64,000 bases of DNA from an uncultured delta proteobacterium (GTDB taxonomy: Bacteria; Myxococcota_A; UBA9160; SZUA-336): NCBI GenBank assembly GCA_963704165.1, contig CAVPHD010000001.1:288001-352000 (forward strand), given 5' to 3'. The notes under the pieces were generated by a model. That model ran no database searches. It was given only the letters and a program-made list of their open reading frames with translations, and was not told the origin of the DNA. A program made the position numbers and the translations under genes. Positions 30,423-39,739 of this stretch are shown here, piece after piece. Within the stretch, counting starts at the first letter, position 1. Every line of letters begins with the position of its first letter.

Positions 30423-31715
30423 CTAGAGCTCGAAGCTTTCGGGGAACGGGCACTTCTTGTCGCGCACGTGCGCTTCGAAGTCGTCGCGGAAGTGCCGCAG
30501 CAGTCCCTGGATCGGCCAGGCCGCGGCGTCGGCAAAGGCGCAGATCGTCTGTCCCTCCATCAACGACGGAACGTCGCCGAGCAGTGCGAGATCCTCGGCG
30601 CTGCCGCGACCCTGCTCGATCTTCTGACACAGCTTGTGCACCCAGGCCGTTCCCTCGCGGCACTGCGTGCACTGGCCGCAGGACTCGTCGCGGAAGAAGT
30701 ACGAGACGACCGTCGCGACGCGCACCATGCAGACGCTCTCGTCCATCACCATCACGCCACCGGTGCCCAGATGCGTACCCTTCTGCGAGAGGAACTCCTC
30801 GGCCATCGGAACCTCGAGCTCCGTCGGCGGAAGGATCGGCATCGACAACCCGCCGGGCATCACTCCCTTCAACCTGCGGCCGCCGCGAACGCCTCCCGCG
30901 TGCCCGAGCACCTCGCGAAGTGGCGTCCCGAGCGGAAGCTCGAAGAGGCCCGGCCGCTCGACGTGACCACTCACACCAAAGAGTGTCGTCCCCGGGCTCT
31001 TCTCCGTGCCGCGAGCCTTGAACCACTCGACCCCGCGGTCGAGGATGAACGGCACGTGCGCGAACGTCTCGATGTTGTTCACCGTCGTCGGCAGACCGAA
31101 CGCGCCGTGCTGCGCCGGAAACGGCGGCTTCTTTCGCGGCTGCCCCTTCTTGCCCTCGAGCGATTCGAGCAGGCCCGTCTCTTCGCCGCAGATGTACGCG
31201 CCCGCGCCCGAGTGCACGACGATGTCGAGATCGAATCCCTTCTTGCCGAGGATGTTCTTCCCCAGGAGCTTTCGCGCGTAGAGCGCCTTCACCGCCGTCT
31301 CGAGCGAGCGGATCGAGTCGCGGTACTCGCCGCGCACGTAGATGTACGCGCGCCGCGCGCCCATCGCCCACGCGCCGATCAGGATGCCCTCGAGCACCTC
31401 GAACGGTCCGCGCTCCATGATCATCCGGTCCTTGAACGAGCCGGGTTCGGATTCGTCGCCGTTCACGACGATGACCTTCGTGCGGTCGTTCGTCTTCGGC
31501 ATGAAGCTCCACTTCAGCCCGGTCGCGAAGCCCGCTCCTCCCCGGCCGCGCAGCCCCGACGCCTTCACCACGTCGGTGACCTGTTCCGGTGTCAGCGCGA
31601 TCGCCTTCGCGAGACCCGCGAGCCCGCCCTTCGCCTCGTAACCGGCGAGCGTCTGGAACCCGTCGTCGCCGTAGTTCTCGGAAAGGTAGTTCTTGATGAG
31701 CGGTTCGACGGCCAA
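30423..31715 (-). CDS. nuoF: NADH-quinone oxidoreductase subunit F
   Basis: GLRGRGGAGF, NGDESEPGSFKDR, GAGAYICGEET, ESCGQCTQCREG. Confidence 0.96.
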   Translation of the reverse strand: MAVEPLIKNYLSENYGDDGFQTLAGYEAKGGLAGLAKAIALTPEQVTDVVKASGLRGRGGAGFATGLKWSFMPKTNDRTKVIVVNGDESEPGSFKDRMIMERGPFEVLEGILIGAWAMGARRAYIYVRGEYRDSIRSLETAVKALYARKLLGKNILGKKGFDLDIVVHSGAGAYICGEETGLLESLEGKKGQPRKKPPFPAQHGAFGLPTTVNNIETFAHVPFILDRGVEWFKARGTEKSPGTTLFGVSGHVERPGLFELPLGTPLREVLGHAGGVRGGRRLKGVMPGGLSMPILPPTELEVPMAEEFLSQKGTHLGTGGVMVMDESVCMVRVATVVSYFFRDESCGQCTQCREGTAWVHKLCQKIEQGRGSAEDLALLGDVPSLMEGQTICAFADAAAWPIQGLLRHFRDDFEAHVRDKKCPFPESFEL

Positions 31716-31718
31716 CGC

Positions 31719-32181
31719 CTACTCCAGCTCGTCGATGATGCGGCGGGCCGCTTCCAGGTCGAGATTCTCGTGGTACACGCCATCGACGCGCATCATCGGC
31801 GCGGTACCGCAGGATCCGAGGCACTCTTCGTGGCCGATCGTGATGCGACCGTCCTTCGTCGTCTCACCCGCGTGCACGCCGAGATGCGCTTCGAGTTCCT
31901 TCAGAAGCGTGCGCGCACCGCGCAGACTGCAGGGCAGGTTCGTGCACACGTACACGTGGTGCCGACCCTGCGGCTCGGTGTAGAACATGTTGTAGAAGCT
32001 GAGCACTTCCCAGACCTGGACGGGCTCGAGGTCGAAGAGCGCGGCGAGTTCTCGCGCACCCTCCGCGTCGATGTGGCCCTTCTCCCGCTGCAAGACATAG
32101 ATCGGCGGGCAGGAGCGCGCCTCGCTTCTGCGGGTAGCGCTCGAAGAGCGACTCGATCTCGCTGCGGGTCTCGGACTTCAA
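31719..32181 (-). CDS. nuoE: NADH-quinone oxidoreductase subunit E, one frameshift near 32107
   Basis: RYPQKRGALLP in one frame joins IYVLQREKG...SFYNMF...CTNLPC...ECLGSC in another. Confidence 0.9.
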
Positions 32182-32185
32182 GCCA

Positions 32186-32539
32186 CTACTCCCAATCCAA
32201 CCCGCCGCGCAGCCACTCGTACGCGAGCCCGACCGCGAGAACGGCCAGGAAGGGAGTCATCACGGCCAGCCCGTACCAGCCGAGATCCTTGAAGACGACC
32301 GCCCACGGAAAGAGGAAGACCAGCTCGACGTCGAAGATGATGAACGACACGGCGACCATGTAGAACTTCACGCTGAAGCGGCGGTTCGGCGACACGAGTT
32401 GGTGTTCACCGCACTCGAACGGCTCCTGCTTCTCCGCGAAGACGAGCTTCGGGCCAAGCAGGGTCGTCGCAGCGAGGAAGGTGAGCACCCCGAGGGAGCC
32501 CAGCAGCGCGAAGAGCCCGAGACCGGCGTATTCCCCCAT
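32186..32539 (-). CDS. nuoA: NADH-quinone oxidoreductase subunit A
   Basis: PFECG, RFSVKFYMVA..FIIFDVE..FLFPWA, YEWLRGGLDW. Confidence 0.95.
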   Translation of the reverse strand: MGEYAGLGLFALLGSLGVLTFLAATTLLGPKLVFAEKQEPFECGEHQLVSPNRRFSVKFYMVAVSFIIFDVELVFLFPWAVVFKDLGWYGLAVMTPFLAVLAVGLAYEWLRGGLDWE

Positions 32540-32607
32540 CGGACCCCTCGAAACTCCCCCGCGAATTCCCGCGAAACTGCCTGTATTTCCTGGAAAAAGG
32601 CGGCGCA

Positions 32608-32636
32608 AACGTAGAAGGCGGCCCGCGCACTGTCAA
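32608..32636 (-). promoter_or_regulatory. Sigma70-type promoter of the nuo operon
   Basis: TTGACA-N17-TACGTT about 70 nt upstream of nuoA. Confidence 0.7.
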
Positions 32637-32665
32637 CCGGCGGTAGGCGCGTCTATGCTTGCTGA

Positions 32666-33685
32666 ATGAGCGTCGAGAATCCGGTTCGCTGCGCGGTGCT
32701 GGGTGCGGGCAGCTTCGGCACCTGCCTCGCGATCCTGCTCGCCGAGAAGGGACACCAGGTCGATCTCTGGGCCCGCGACGAACACCTGGTCGACGCGATC
32801 GCGACGGGCCGACGCAACCCGCGTTACCTCACCGACTTCGCACTGCCTGATGCGATTCGCCCCACCGCGTCGCTCGAGCAGGCGCTCGACGACAAGGAGC
32901 TCGTGATCTCCGTCGTGCCGAGCCACGCGGTGCGCGAGGTCTGGGGAAAGGGGTGTGAGCTCGTCCGCCCGGACGCGCTGATCGTCTCCGCGTCGAAGGG
33001 GATCGAGGTCGGATCCGGAAAGCTCGTCTCGGAGATCCTGATGGAGACGGTGCCGCGCGAGATGCACGACCGGCTCTGCTTTCTGTCGGGGCCGAGCTTC
33101 GCGAGAGAGATCGCGGAGCGAAGGCCGACGGCGGTCTCGCTGGCCGCGCGCAACGAGACCTACGCGATCGCCGCCCAGACCCTTCTCTCCTCGCCTCAGT
33201 TCCGCTGCTACACCACCAACGACGTGGTCGGAGTCGAGCTCGGGGGCGCGCTGAAGAACGTGATCGCGATCGCGGTCGGCGTCGCCGACGGTCTCGAGGC
33301 GGGACTGAACTCGCGGGCGGCGTTGATCACGCGGGGTCTGGCCGAGATCACCCGGCTCGGCGTCGAGCTCGGGGCGAATCCCGTCACCTTCCTCGGTCTC
33401 TCCGGTGTCGGCGATCTGGTGCTGACCTGCACGGGCGACCTGTCGCGAAATCGCCGCGTCGGCATCGAGATCGGGCGGGGCAAGACCGTCGACGAGGTGC
33501 TCGGCGGGCTCACCCAGGTCGCCGAGGGCGTGCGCACCGCGAAGTCCGCCTGGGAGCTCGCGCAGAAACTCGGCGTGGACATGCCGATCACGACGGGCGT
33601 CTACCTGATGCTCTTCGAGGGAAAGAACCCCGTCGAAGCGGGGATCGAGCTTCGCTCGCGCCAGCTGAAGAGCGAGTACGAGTAG
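32666..33685 (+). CDS. gpsA: NAD(P)H-dependent glycerol-3-phosphate dehydrogenase
   Basis: LGAGSFGT, SGPSFA, ELGGALKNVIAIA, GLSGVGDLVLTC..LSRNR. Confidence 0.96.
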   Translation: MSVENPVRCAVLGAGSFGTCLAILLAEKGHQVDLWARDEHLVDAIATGRRNPRYLTDFALPDAIRPTASLEQALDDKELVISVVPSHAVREVWGKGCELVRPDALIVSASKGIEVGSGKLVSEILMETVPREMHDRLCFLSGPSFAREIAERRPTAVSLAARNETYAIAAQTLLSSPQFRCYTTNDVVGVELGGALKNVIAIAVGVADGLEAGLNSRAALITRGLAEITRLGVELGANPVTFLGLSGVGDLVLTCTGDLSRNRRVGIEIGRGKTVDEVLGGLTQVAEGVRTAKSAWELAQKLGVDMPITTGVYLMLFEGKNPVEAGIELRSRQLKSEYE

Positions 33686-33690
33686 CTCGG

Positions 33691-34560
33691 ATGAGGACCT
33701 TGCCGCTGCGGATCTGCCTCGGTCTTCTCGTCGTCTGCGCGCTCGCCGGCTGCGGCCCGAAGCTCGTGCGCGAGCGCGTCTACGACAAGCCGACGGTGCG
33801 CGTCGAGCTGCGTCATCAGAAGGTCGATGGAGCGCCCGTCACGCGGGGATACTCCCACCCCGCGACGATCGCGGACGTGCGCATCGCCCACATCCTGGCG
33901 AGCCTCTCCTATCAGGACAAGGACGGAGAGCGGCAGCCGTCGATCCGGTCGCAGTTCGTCTACGACCTGGGAGACGGCATCTCGGCCGCGCTCGCGAAGG
34001 CCGGGCCGGACGACGAGATCGCCGCCGCCGTCTTCCCCGAGGACCGCCGGCTCGGGATCTTCACCGAGTCCCGCGTCACGGCGTTTCGGCTCTTCGTGCT
34101 GGGGGACGAGATGCGGATCGAGTTCTTCTCGATCGAAGCGCCACTCGAACGCGACTCCGGGCGATCCGCCACGCGCGGCTACGAGATCCCGACGGCTCTG
34201 CCGAGCCTCGCCCCCGGGTTCAAGCTCGTCGCGGGAGAGGCGCAGCGACGAGCCGGGCCGCGAAGCCTCGAGGTCGCCTGGCGCGATGCGTACTACCGCA
34301 GACCCGTCAGCCTCAGCTTCCGGGAGGGGCACGTGCGGCGCCGCACCGTACTGATGGAAATGCCGACGGAGGAGACGGCCGCGACGCCCGGCGAGACGCC
34401 GCTCCCGCCCGGTCTTTCCGATGCGCAGATCCGCGCGCTCGACGAGCTCGACGCCAGCCGCCGGAACGGACTCGTGACGGAGTCCGAGTACCAGCGTCGC
34501 CGCAAGCTCGTGCTCGAAAACCAGCTCGACGACGCCGGCTACGGCACGGGACCGCGATGA
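33691..34560 (+). CDS. Lipoprotein of unknown function with C-terminal SHOCT-like helix pair
   Basis: Lipobox LAG-C; C-terminal LDELDASRRNGLVTESEYQRRRKLVL. Confidence 0.75.
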   Translation: MRTLPLRICLGLLVVCALAGCGPKLVRERVYDKPTVRVELRHQKVDGAPVTRGYSHPATIADVRIAHILASLSYQDKDGERQPSIRSQFVYDLGDGISAALAKAGPDDEIAAAVFPEDRRLGIFTESRVTAFRLFVLGDEMRIEFFSIEAPLERDSGRSATRGYEIPTALPSLAPGFKLVAGEAQRRAGPRSLEVAWRDAYYRRPVSLSFREGHVRRRTVLMEMPTEETAATPGETPLPPGLSDAQIRALDELDASRRNGLVTESEYQRRRKLVLENQLDDAGYGTGPR

Positions 34561-35489
34561 GCGTGCTGCGCGTGCACATCGACACCGATCCCGGGCTCGA
34601 CGACCTGCTCGCGCTCGCGTTCGCCCTCGCCTCTCCCGAGCTCTCGGTCGAGGGCATCACCACGGTGGCCGGGAACGCGTCGCTCGCAACCGTGACCGAG
34701 AACGCGCTCCGCTTCGTCACGCTCGCCGGCGCCGCGATCCCGGTCGGCATCGGCGCCGACGGTCCGCTCGCGCTCTCCCGCGTGGATGCCGCGAGCTATC
34801 ACGGCGCGGATGGGCGGCGCGGCGTGCCGATCGCGGATCCATCGACGGCTCCGTTGACCTCCGCGCGGGAGCTGATGAAGCAGAACCTCGCAGAGCACCG
34901 AGTCGAGCGCGTGATCGCGCTCGGACCACTCACGAACGTCGCGTCACTCGTCCGAGAGGAGCCCGGGCTCTTCGCGGACACGGAAGTGGTGTGGATGGGC
35001 GGGACGCTCGGCCGGGGAAACGTGACGCGCGTCGCCGAGTTCAACTCGTTCGCGGATCCCCACGCGGTCCGCGTCGTGCTCGAATCAGGGGTTCGGCTGC
35101 GCGTGATCGGTCTCGAGGTGACCGAACGCGTCGCGCTTCGCGGCAGGGACCTGCCGAGCGACGGCTTCGGATCGACGCCGCGCGCGCGCACGGTCGAGGG
35201 AGCGCTTCGCGCGCTACTCCGCGCCGAGCAGGCGTTCTCGGGCGACGAGGCCGCGTACCTGCACGACCCCTGCGCGGTCGCCGCGGCGTTCGCGCCCGAA
35301 CTCTTCGATTTCTCGGAGACACGGCTTCGCGCGTTCGATGCGGAGGGCTCCGAACGAGGGAGGATCTGCGTCGACGACTCCGCGCGGCACGAGATCCACT
35401 ACGCGCTGGGCGCGCGCGAGCCCGCGCTCGTCTCGCTCTTCCTCGAGCGCGTCACGAAGTGGGCCGGCGAATCGGCGAGCGCGTCATGA
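34557..35489 (+). CDS. Nucleoside hydrolase (IUNH family)
   Basis: DTDPGLDD, LGPLTN, AEFNSFADP, LHDP. Confidence 0.92.
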   Translation: MSVLRVHIDTDPGLDDLLALAFALASPELSVEGITTVAGNASLATVTENALRFVTLAGAAIPVGIGADGPLALSRVDAASYHGADGRRGVPIADPSTAPLTSARELMKQNLAEHRVERVIALGPLTNVASLVREEPGLFADTEVVWMGGTLGRGNVTRVAEFNSFADPHAVRVVLESGVRLRVIGLEVTERVALRGRDLPSDGFGSTPRARTVEGALRALLRAEQAFSGDEAAYLHDPCAVAAAFAPELFDFSETRLRAFDAEGSERGRICVDDSARHEIHYALGAREPALVSLFLERVTKWAGESASAS

Positions 35490-35505
35490 ACGAGCGGGAT
35501 CTGCG

Positions 35506-36429
35506 TTGAGCGAGCGCTTCGACTTCCACACGCACACCCGGGCCTCGGACGGAGATCTGACACCGACGGAGCTGGTGCGCGCGGCCGCAGAGAATCGCGT
35601 GACGGCCTTCGCGCTCACCGACCACGACACGACGGATGGAATTGCCGAGGCGCAGCAGGAAGGACGGCGACTCGGAATCGAGGTGATCGCCGGAATCGAG
35701 CTCTCGGTGAACGATTCGGACGGCACGCGCTCGCTGCACGTGCTCGGACTCGGCATCTCGCCCGGGAATCCCCGCCTGCGCGCGCGGCTCGAGGTCGCGC
35801 GCCACGCACGGATCGGCCGGGCCGAGCGGATGGTCGCCCGGCTGCAAGCGCTCGGCATCGAGATCGGGCTCGAACGCGTCACAGAGATTGCCGCGGGCGG
35901 CTCGGTCGGCCGGCCGCACATCGCGCGCGCGCTCGTCGAGATCGGCGCCTGCAGCGACGCCGACGACGCGTTCGTGAAGTACCTGCGGCGCGGGCGTCCC
36001 GCCTATGAACCGTACGACACGCTGTCCGCGGCCGACGCGATCGCGCTGGTGCACGACGCGGGTGGCGTCGCCGTGCTCGCGCACCCGCCGCTCTCGGGCG
36101 GCGTGGACCGACCCGGCGGAATCGAAGCCTTCGTCGAGCGTCTGCTGCCCGACGGACTCGACGGCCTCGAGATCTGGCACCCCGGACACCGGCCGAACCA
36201 GATCCGGCGCCTCCGCCGGCTGGCGCGCGAACACCACCTGATCGAGACGGGCGGGAGCGACTTCCACGGCGAAGAGCGCCCGGACATCGAGATAGGTCGG
36301 GGACGTGCCGGCGGTCTGCGCATCGGTCGCCCCATTTACGATGCCCTGATCGACCGACTCTCCGCTCGAAGCGGCGACGCCGAATTGACCCTCTCCGGAG
36401 CCGAGAGTAACCTCGGCCGCCCCTCATGA
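35506..36429 (+). CDS. PHP-domain phosphoesterase (YciV/TrpH-like)
   Basis: DFHTHTRASDG, ALTDHD, GRPHIA, LAHP, GGSDFHG; TTG start. Confidence 0.9.
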   Translation: MSERFDFHTHTRASDGDLTPTELVRAAAENRVTAFALTDHDTTDGIAEAQQEGRRLGIEVIAGIELSVNDSDGTRSLHVLGLGISPGNPRLRARLEVARHARIGRAERMVARLQALGIEIGLERVTEIAAGGSVGRPHIARALVEIGACSDADDAFVKYLRRGRPAYEPYDTLSAADAIALVHDAGGVAVLAHPPLSGGVDRPGGIEAFVERLLPDGLDGLEIWHPGHRPNQIRRLRRLAREHHLIETGGSDFHGEERPDIEIGRGRAGGLRIGRPIYDALIDRLSARSGDAELTLSGAESNLGRPS

Positions 36430-37619
36430 GCAGTGAACGCGATAAGAGCGGGCAAAGCACGCGTGCGGTCCACGCAGGTGAACGGGGTGCGCGGCCGCGG
36501 ATCTCCGATTCGATCACGACGCCGATCGTGCAGAGCGCGACCTACTGGTTCCGCGACACGCAGGAAGTGATCGCGTACCAGGAGGGCCGGCACGCGAGCT
36601 TCGAGTACGGTCGCTACGGCAACCCGACGACGCGCGCGCTCGAGGAGAAGCTCACGGGACTCGAAGGTGGTGACGATTGCGTCGTCTCCGCGTCGGGGAT
36701 GAACTCGGTCACCACGCTGCTCTTCGCGCTCATGCCGCAGAACGGTCATCTGGTCACGACCCACGACTGCTATCGGCGCACGCGTCAGTTCCTGCAGACG
36801 CTTCTGCCGAAGATGGGCATCCGCACGACGGTGGTGGACCCTTCCGACCTCGAGGGCATCGAGCGCGCGCTCGACGCGGGCGCCAGTCTGTTCTTCTCCG
36901 AGTCCCCGACGAATCCGTACCTGCGCGTCGTCGACATTCCCCGGGTCGCCGAGCTGTGCCGGAAGCGCGGCGCGATCTCGGTGATCGACTCGACGTTCGC
37001 CACGCCGATCAATCAGCAGGCGCTCGCGCTGGGAGTGGACCTGGTCTTGCACTCTGCGACGAAGTACCTCGGCGGGCACAACGACGTGCTCGGAGGAGCG
37101 CTCGTCGGGCGGCGCGATCTGATCCGGTCGATCCGAGACCTGCACGGCGTGCTCGGCGGCGTGATGGACCCGCACACTGCTTATCTGATCCTGCGTGGCG
37201 TCAAGACATTGGCGCTTCGGGTCGAGCGTGCGAATCGCACCGCCGAGACGATCGCGCGCTATCTCGAACAACACCGTCGGATCGAGCGCGTCCACTACCC
37301 GGGTCTCGAGAGTCACCGCGATCACGAAGTCGCGAAGCGCCTGATGAAGGGCTTCGGGGGTGTGGTCAGCTTCGAGGTTCGCGGATCGCTCGAGACCGCG
37401 TCGAAGTTCATCGACGCGCTCCGCATCCCGTACATCGCGCCGAGCCTCGGCGGAGTCGAGTCGCTCGTCGAGCAGCCGACGGTGGTGTCGTACTGGGACA
37501 AGACCCCGGACGAGCGCGCGGCGCTCGGCATCCGCGACAACCTCGTGCGTTACTCCTGCGGCGTCGAAGACACCGACGACCTGGTCCGGGACATCGAGCA
37601 AGCGCTCGATCGGGCGTAG
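36426..37619 (+). CDS. metB: Cystathionine gamma-synthase (PLP trans-sulfuration family)
   Basis: YGRYGNPT, ESPTNP, DSTFATP, HSATKYLGGHNDV, SLGGVES. Confidence 0.85.
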   Translation: MSSERDKSGQSTRAVHAGERGARPRISDSITTPIVQSATYWFRDTQEVIAYQEGRHASFEYGRYGNPTTRALEEKLTGLEGGDDCVVSASGMNSVTTLLFALMPQNGHLVTTHDCYRRTRQFLQTLLPKMGIRTTVVDPSDLEGIERALDAGASLFFSESPTNPYLRVVDIPRVAELCRKRGAISVIDSTFATPINQQALALGVDLVLHSATKYLGGHNDVLGGALVGRRDLIRSIRDLHGVLGGVMDPHTAYLILRGVKTLALRVERANRTAETIARYLEQHRRIERVHYPGLESHRDHEVAKRLMKGFGGVVSFEVRGSLETASKFIDALRIPYIAPSLGGVESLVEQPTVVSYWDKTPDERAALGIRDNLVRYSCGVEDTDDLVRDIEQALDRA

Positions 37620-37623
37620 CCAG

Positions 37624-38166
37624 CTAGATCAGCAATCCGGTCGAAGCGCGCTCGAGCGCGAGCAGCCGACGTTTCGCGTCGAGGCCGCCCGAGAATCCAC
37701 CGAGCCGTCCCTGAGCGGCGATGACGCGGTGACAAGGGATCACGATCGGCACCGGGTTGTTGCCCGTCGCCGTTCCCGCGGCACGGACCGCGCGCGGTCG
37801 GCCGGCTCCGTTCGCGATCCCTCCGTAGGTGCGCGTCTCGCCGTAGGGGATCGCCGCGATCTCGCGCCAGACCGCGAGCTGGAAGTCGGTGCCGCGCAGT
37901 TCGAGCGGGACCGAGAACTCGCGACGTCGTCCGGCGAAGTACTCGGCGAGTTCCTGCGAGAGCTTGTCGACGAGGGGAAGCCAGGGAACACGCTCGCAAT
38001 CGGAGAACGTGTTCCGCAGCCAACCGGCGAAGCCGGGTCCGCTCGAGCGCGGCAATCCGATCCGCGCGACGCCGCTCTCGGTTACGGCGAGACGCAGGCT
38101 GCCGATCGGCGTCTCGACCACGGCGGTCGCGAGCTTCACCCCCATCGTCGTCGAGCCTACCACCAT
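37624..38166 (-). CDS. ogt: Methylated-DNA--protein-cysteine methyltransferase
   Basis: GTDFQ..VW, IPYGETRTY, RAAG, IPCHRVI (alternative start 38145). Confidence 0.93.
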   Translation of the reverse strand: MVVGSTTMGVKLATAVVETPIGSLRLAVTESGVARIGLPRSSGPGFAGWLRNTFSDCERVPWLPLVDKLSQELAEYFAGRRREFSVPLELRGTDFQLAVWREIAAIPYGETRTYGGIANGAGRPRAVRAAGTATGNNPVPIVIPCHRVIAAQGRLGGFSGGLDAKRRLLALERASTGLLI

Positions 38167-38208
38167 CCACTCGCGTCGGGCACGAAGTTTCAGCGCCCAG
38201 AAACAGGC

Positions 38209-38236
38209 CTGGGGGGCAGCGCGAGCTGCCCCCCAG
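38209..38236 (-). terminator. Strong GC hairpin downstream of the basic protein gene
   Basis: Perfect 12-bp stem CTGGGGGGCAGC/GCTGCCCCCCAG with a 4-nt loop; only a weak U-tract follows (gcctgtttc). Confidence 0.6.
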
Positions 38237-38273
38237 CCATTACGTCCAACCTCTGAACCGAGAATCGAGAACG

Positions 38274-38654
38274 CTAGCCGCGGCGGCGCGTCGTGCGACC
38301 CGTCTTCTTGCGGGCCGTTGCCCCGCGACGTGTCGCCTTCTTCGCGCGTGCCGTCGTCTTGCGCGCCGTGCTCCGTCGCCGAGGAGCGGCGCGTCGCGCG
38401 GTCTTCTTGCGGCGACCGGCTCCGCCTCGCCGCGCCATCTTCGTGCGGCAGACGTCGCCCTTCTTGTCGATGAAGTAGAGGAAGCCGTCCTCTCGCTTCA
38501 CTCCGGCCTTGGCGACCTTCTGCGGCTTGTTGCGCGCCTGACGTCCGCCGCCACGTGCCATCGCAACACGAGAAACATCGCCCTGCTTGTCGAGATAGTA
38601 GAGATAGCCGGATTCACGCTTGACTCCGACCGTTGCCACTTTACTTGCTGCCAT
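38274..38654 (-). CDS. Small basic tandem-repeat protein with K/R/A/T-rich tail; candidate nucleoid-associated protein
   Basis: Two copies of KVA..GVKRE.G.LY..DK.GDV.R..MAR.GG plus a 46-aa tail with 23 K/R and no acidic residue. Confidence 0.85.
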   Translation of the reverse strand: MAASKVATVGVKRESGYLYYLDKQGDVSRVAMARGGGRQARNKPQKVAKAGVKREDGFLYFIDKKGDVCRTKMARRGGAGRRKKTARRAAPRRRSTARKTTARAKKATRRGATARKKTGRTTRRRG

Positions 38655-38690
38655 CGTTCCCCCCACACGTTCCGGTTACGGAACTGCGAG

Positions 38691-38720
38691 AGGTTATGGA
38701 ACGAAATCCGAGCTTGTAAA
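38691..38720 (-). promoter_or_regulatory. Sigma70-type promoter of the basic protein gene
   Basis: TTTACA-N18-TAACCT about 36 nt upstream of ATG 38654. Confidence 0.5.
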
Positions 38721-38764
38721 GGCCTGAGGCTCGGAATTTGCACATTTTCTCGTCGCTGACCGGC

Positions 38765-39739
38765 CTACACCAATCGGAGGTTCCGCCGAATTCGAGCGAG
38801 CGGCTCGTCGGTGGACGGCTGGAATTCGCGACCGGTGATGCGCTCGAACGTCTCGATGTATCGACGTGCGGCTTCGCAGCGAACATCGTCGGGCAGCGTC
38901 GGTGGCGGACCGTCTCCGCGATAGCCCTGATCGACGAGCCAGCGTCGCACGTACTCCTTGTCGAGCGACTTCGGATCCTCTCCGCGCGAGAACGCGTCGG
39001 CATAGCCGTCGGCGTACCAGTATCGGGACGAATCGGGAGTGTGGATCTCGTCGATCACGACGATCCGACCGTCGGCGTCGAGACCCATCTCGTACTTCGT
39101 ATCGACGAGGATCAGGCCGCGCGTCGATGCCCACGTCTGGCCGGCGGTGAACAGCCGCGCCGCAATGCCCGCCGCCTCGTCGTAGTGCGCGGCCGAGATC
39201 ACCCCGGAGGCGATCAGCTCCTCGCGCGACGTGAGCGCGTCGTGCTCGCCCTGTTCGGCCTTCGTCGTCGGCGTGAGAAGTGGCTCGGGCAGGCGTTGGT
39301 GCTTGCGGAGGCCGTCCGGAAGTCGATGTCCGCAGTAGAGTCGTTCCCCGGCCTCGTACGCGCGCCAGATCGACGTGCTCGAGACGCCGGTCAGGTAGCC
39401 GCGGTAGACGAACTCGACCGGCAGCGGCCGACACTCGCGAGCGATGGTGACGCACGGATCGGGCACCGAGAGGACGTGGTTGGGTGCGATCGACGCGGTC
39501 TTCTCGAACCAGAACGCCGCGATCTGATTCAGCACCTGACCCTTGAAGGGGATCGTCCCGACGACGACGTCGAAGCAGCTGATCCGATCGCTCGCGACCA
39601 GCGTCCGCCGGTCGTCGGCGACGTAGCAGTCGCGGACCTTGCCCTCGATGCGTCGCCCGAGCTCGATGAAGTCCGTACGCCCGAGGGTACGCTCACACTG
39701 ACGGCCCAGAACGATCGGGTCGATCCCCATGCGTCTCAT
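38765..39739 (-). CDS. purC: SAICAR synthetase
   Basis: [55 protein letters not shown]. Confidence 0.95.
   Translation of the reverse strand: MRRMGIDPIVLGRQCERTLGRTDFIELGRRIEGKVRDCYVADDRRTLVASDRISCFDVVVGTIPFKGQVLNQIAAFWFEKTASIAPNHVLSVPDPCVTIARECRPLPVEFVYRGYLTGVSSTSIWRAYEAGERLYCGHRLPDGLRKHQRLPEPLLTPTTKAEQGEHDALTSREELIASGVISAAHYDEAAGIAARLFTAGQTWASTRGLILVDTKYEMGLDADGRIVVIDEIHTPDSSRYWYADGYADAFSRGEDPKSLDKEYVRRWLVDQGYRGDGPPPTLPDDVRCEAARRYIETFERITGREFQPSTDEPLARIRRNLRLV

Noticed and set aside
16256..32181. Programmed frameshifting or pseudogenes in the ACAD, the alkyl sulfatase and nuoE
   Set aside because: Isolated single-base indels with no slippery heptamer, and nuoE sits in an otherwise intact operon, so sequencing error is more parsimonious.
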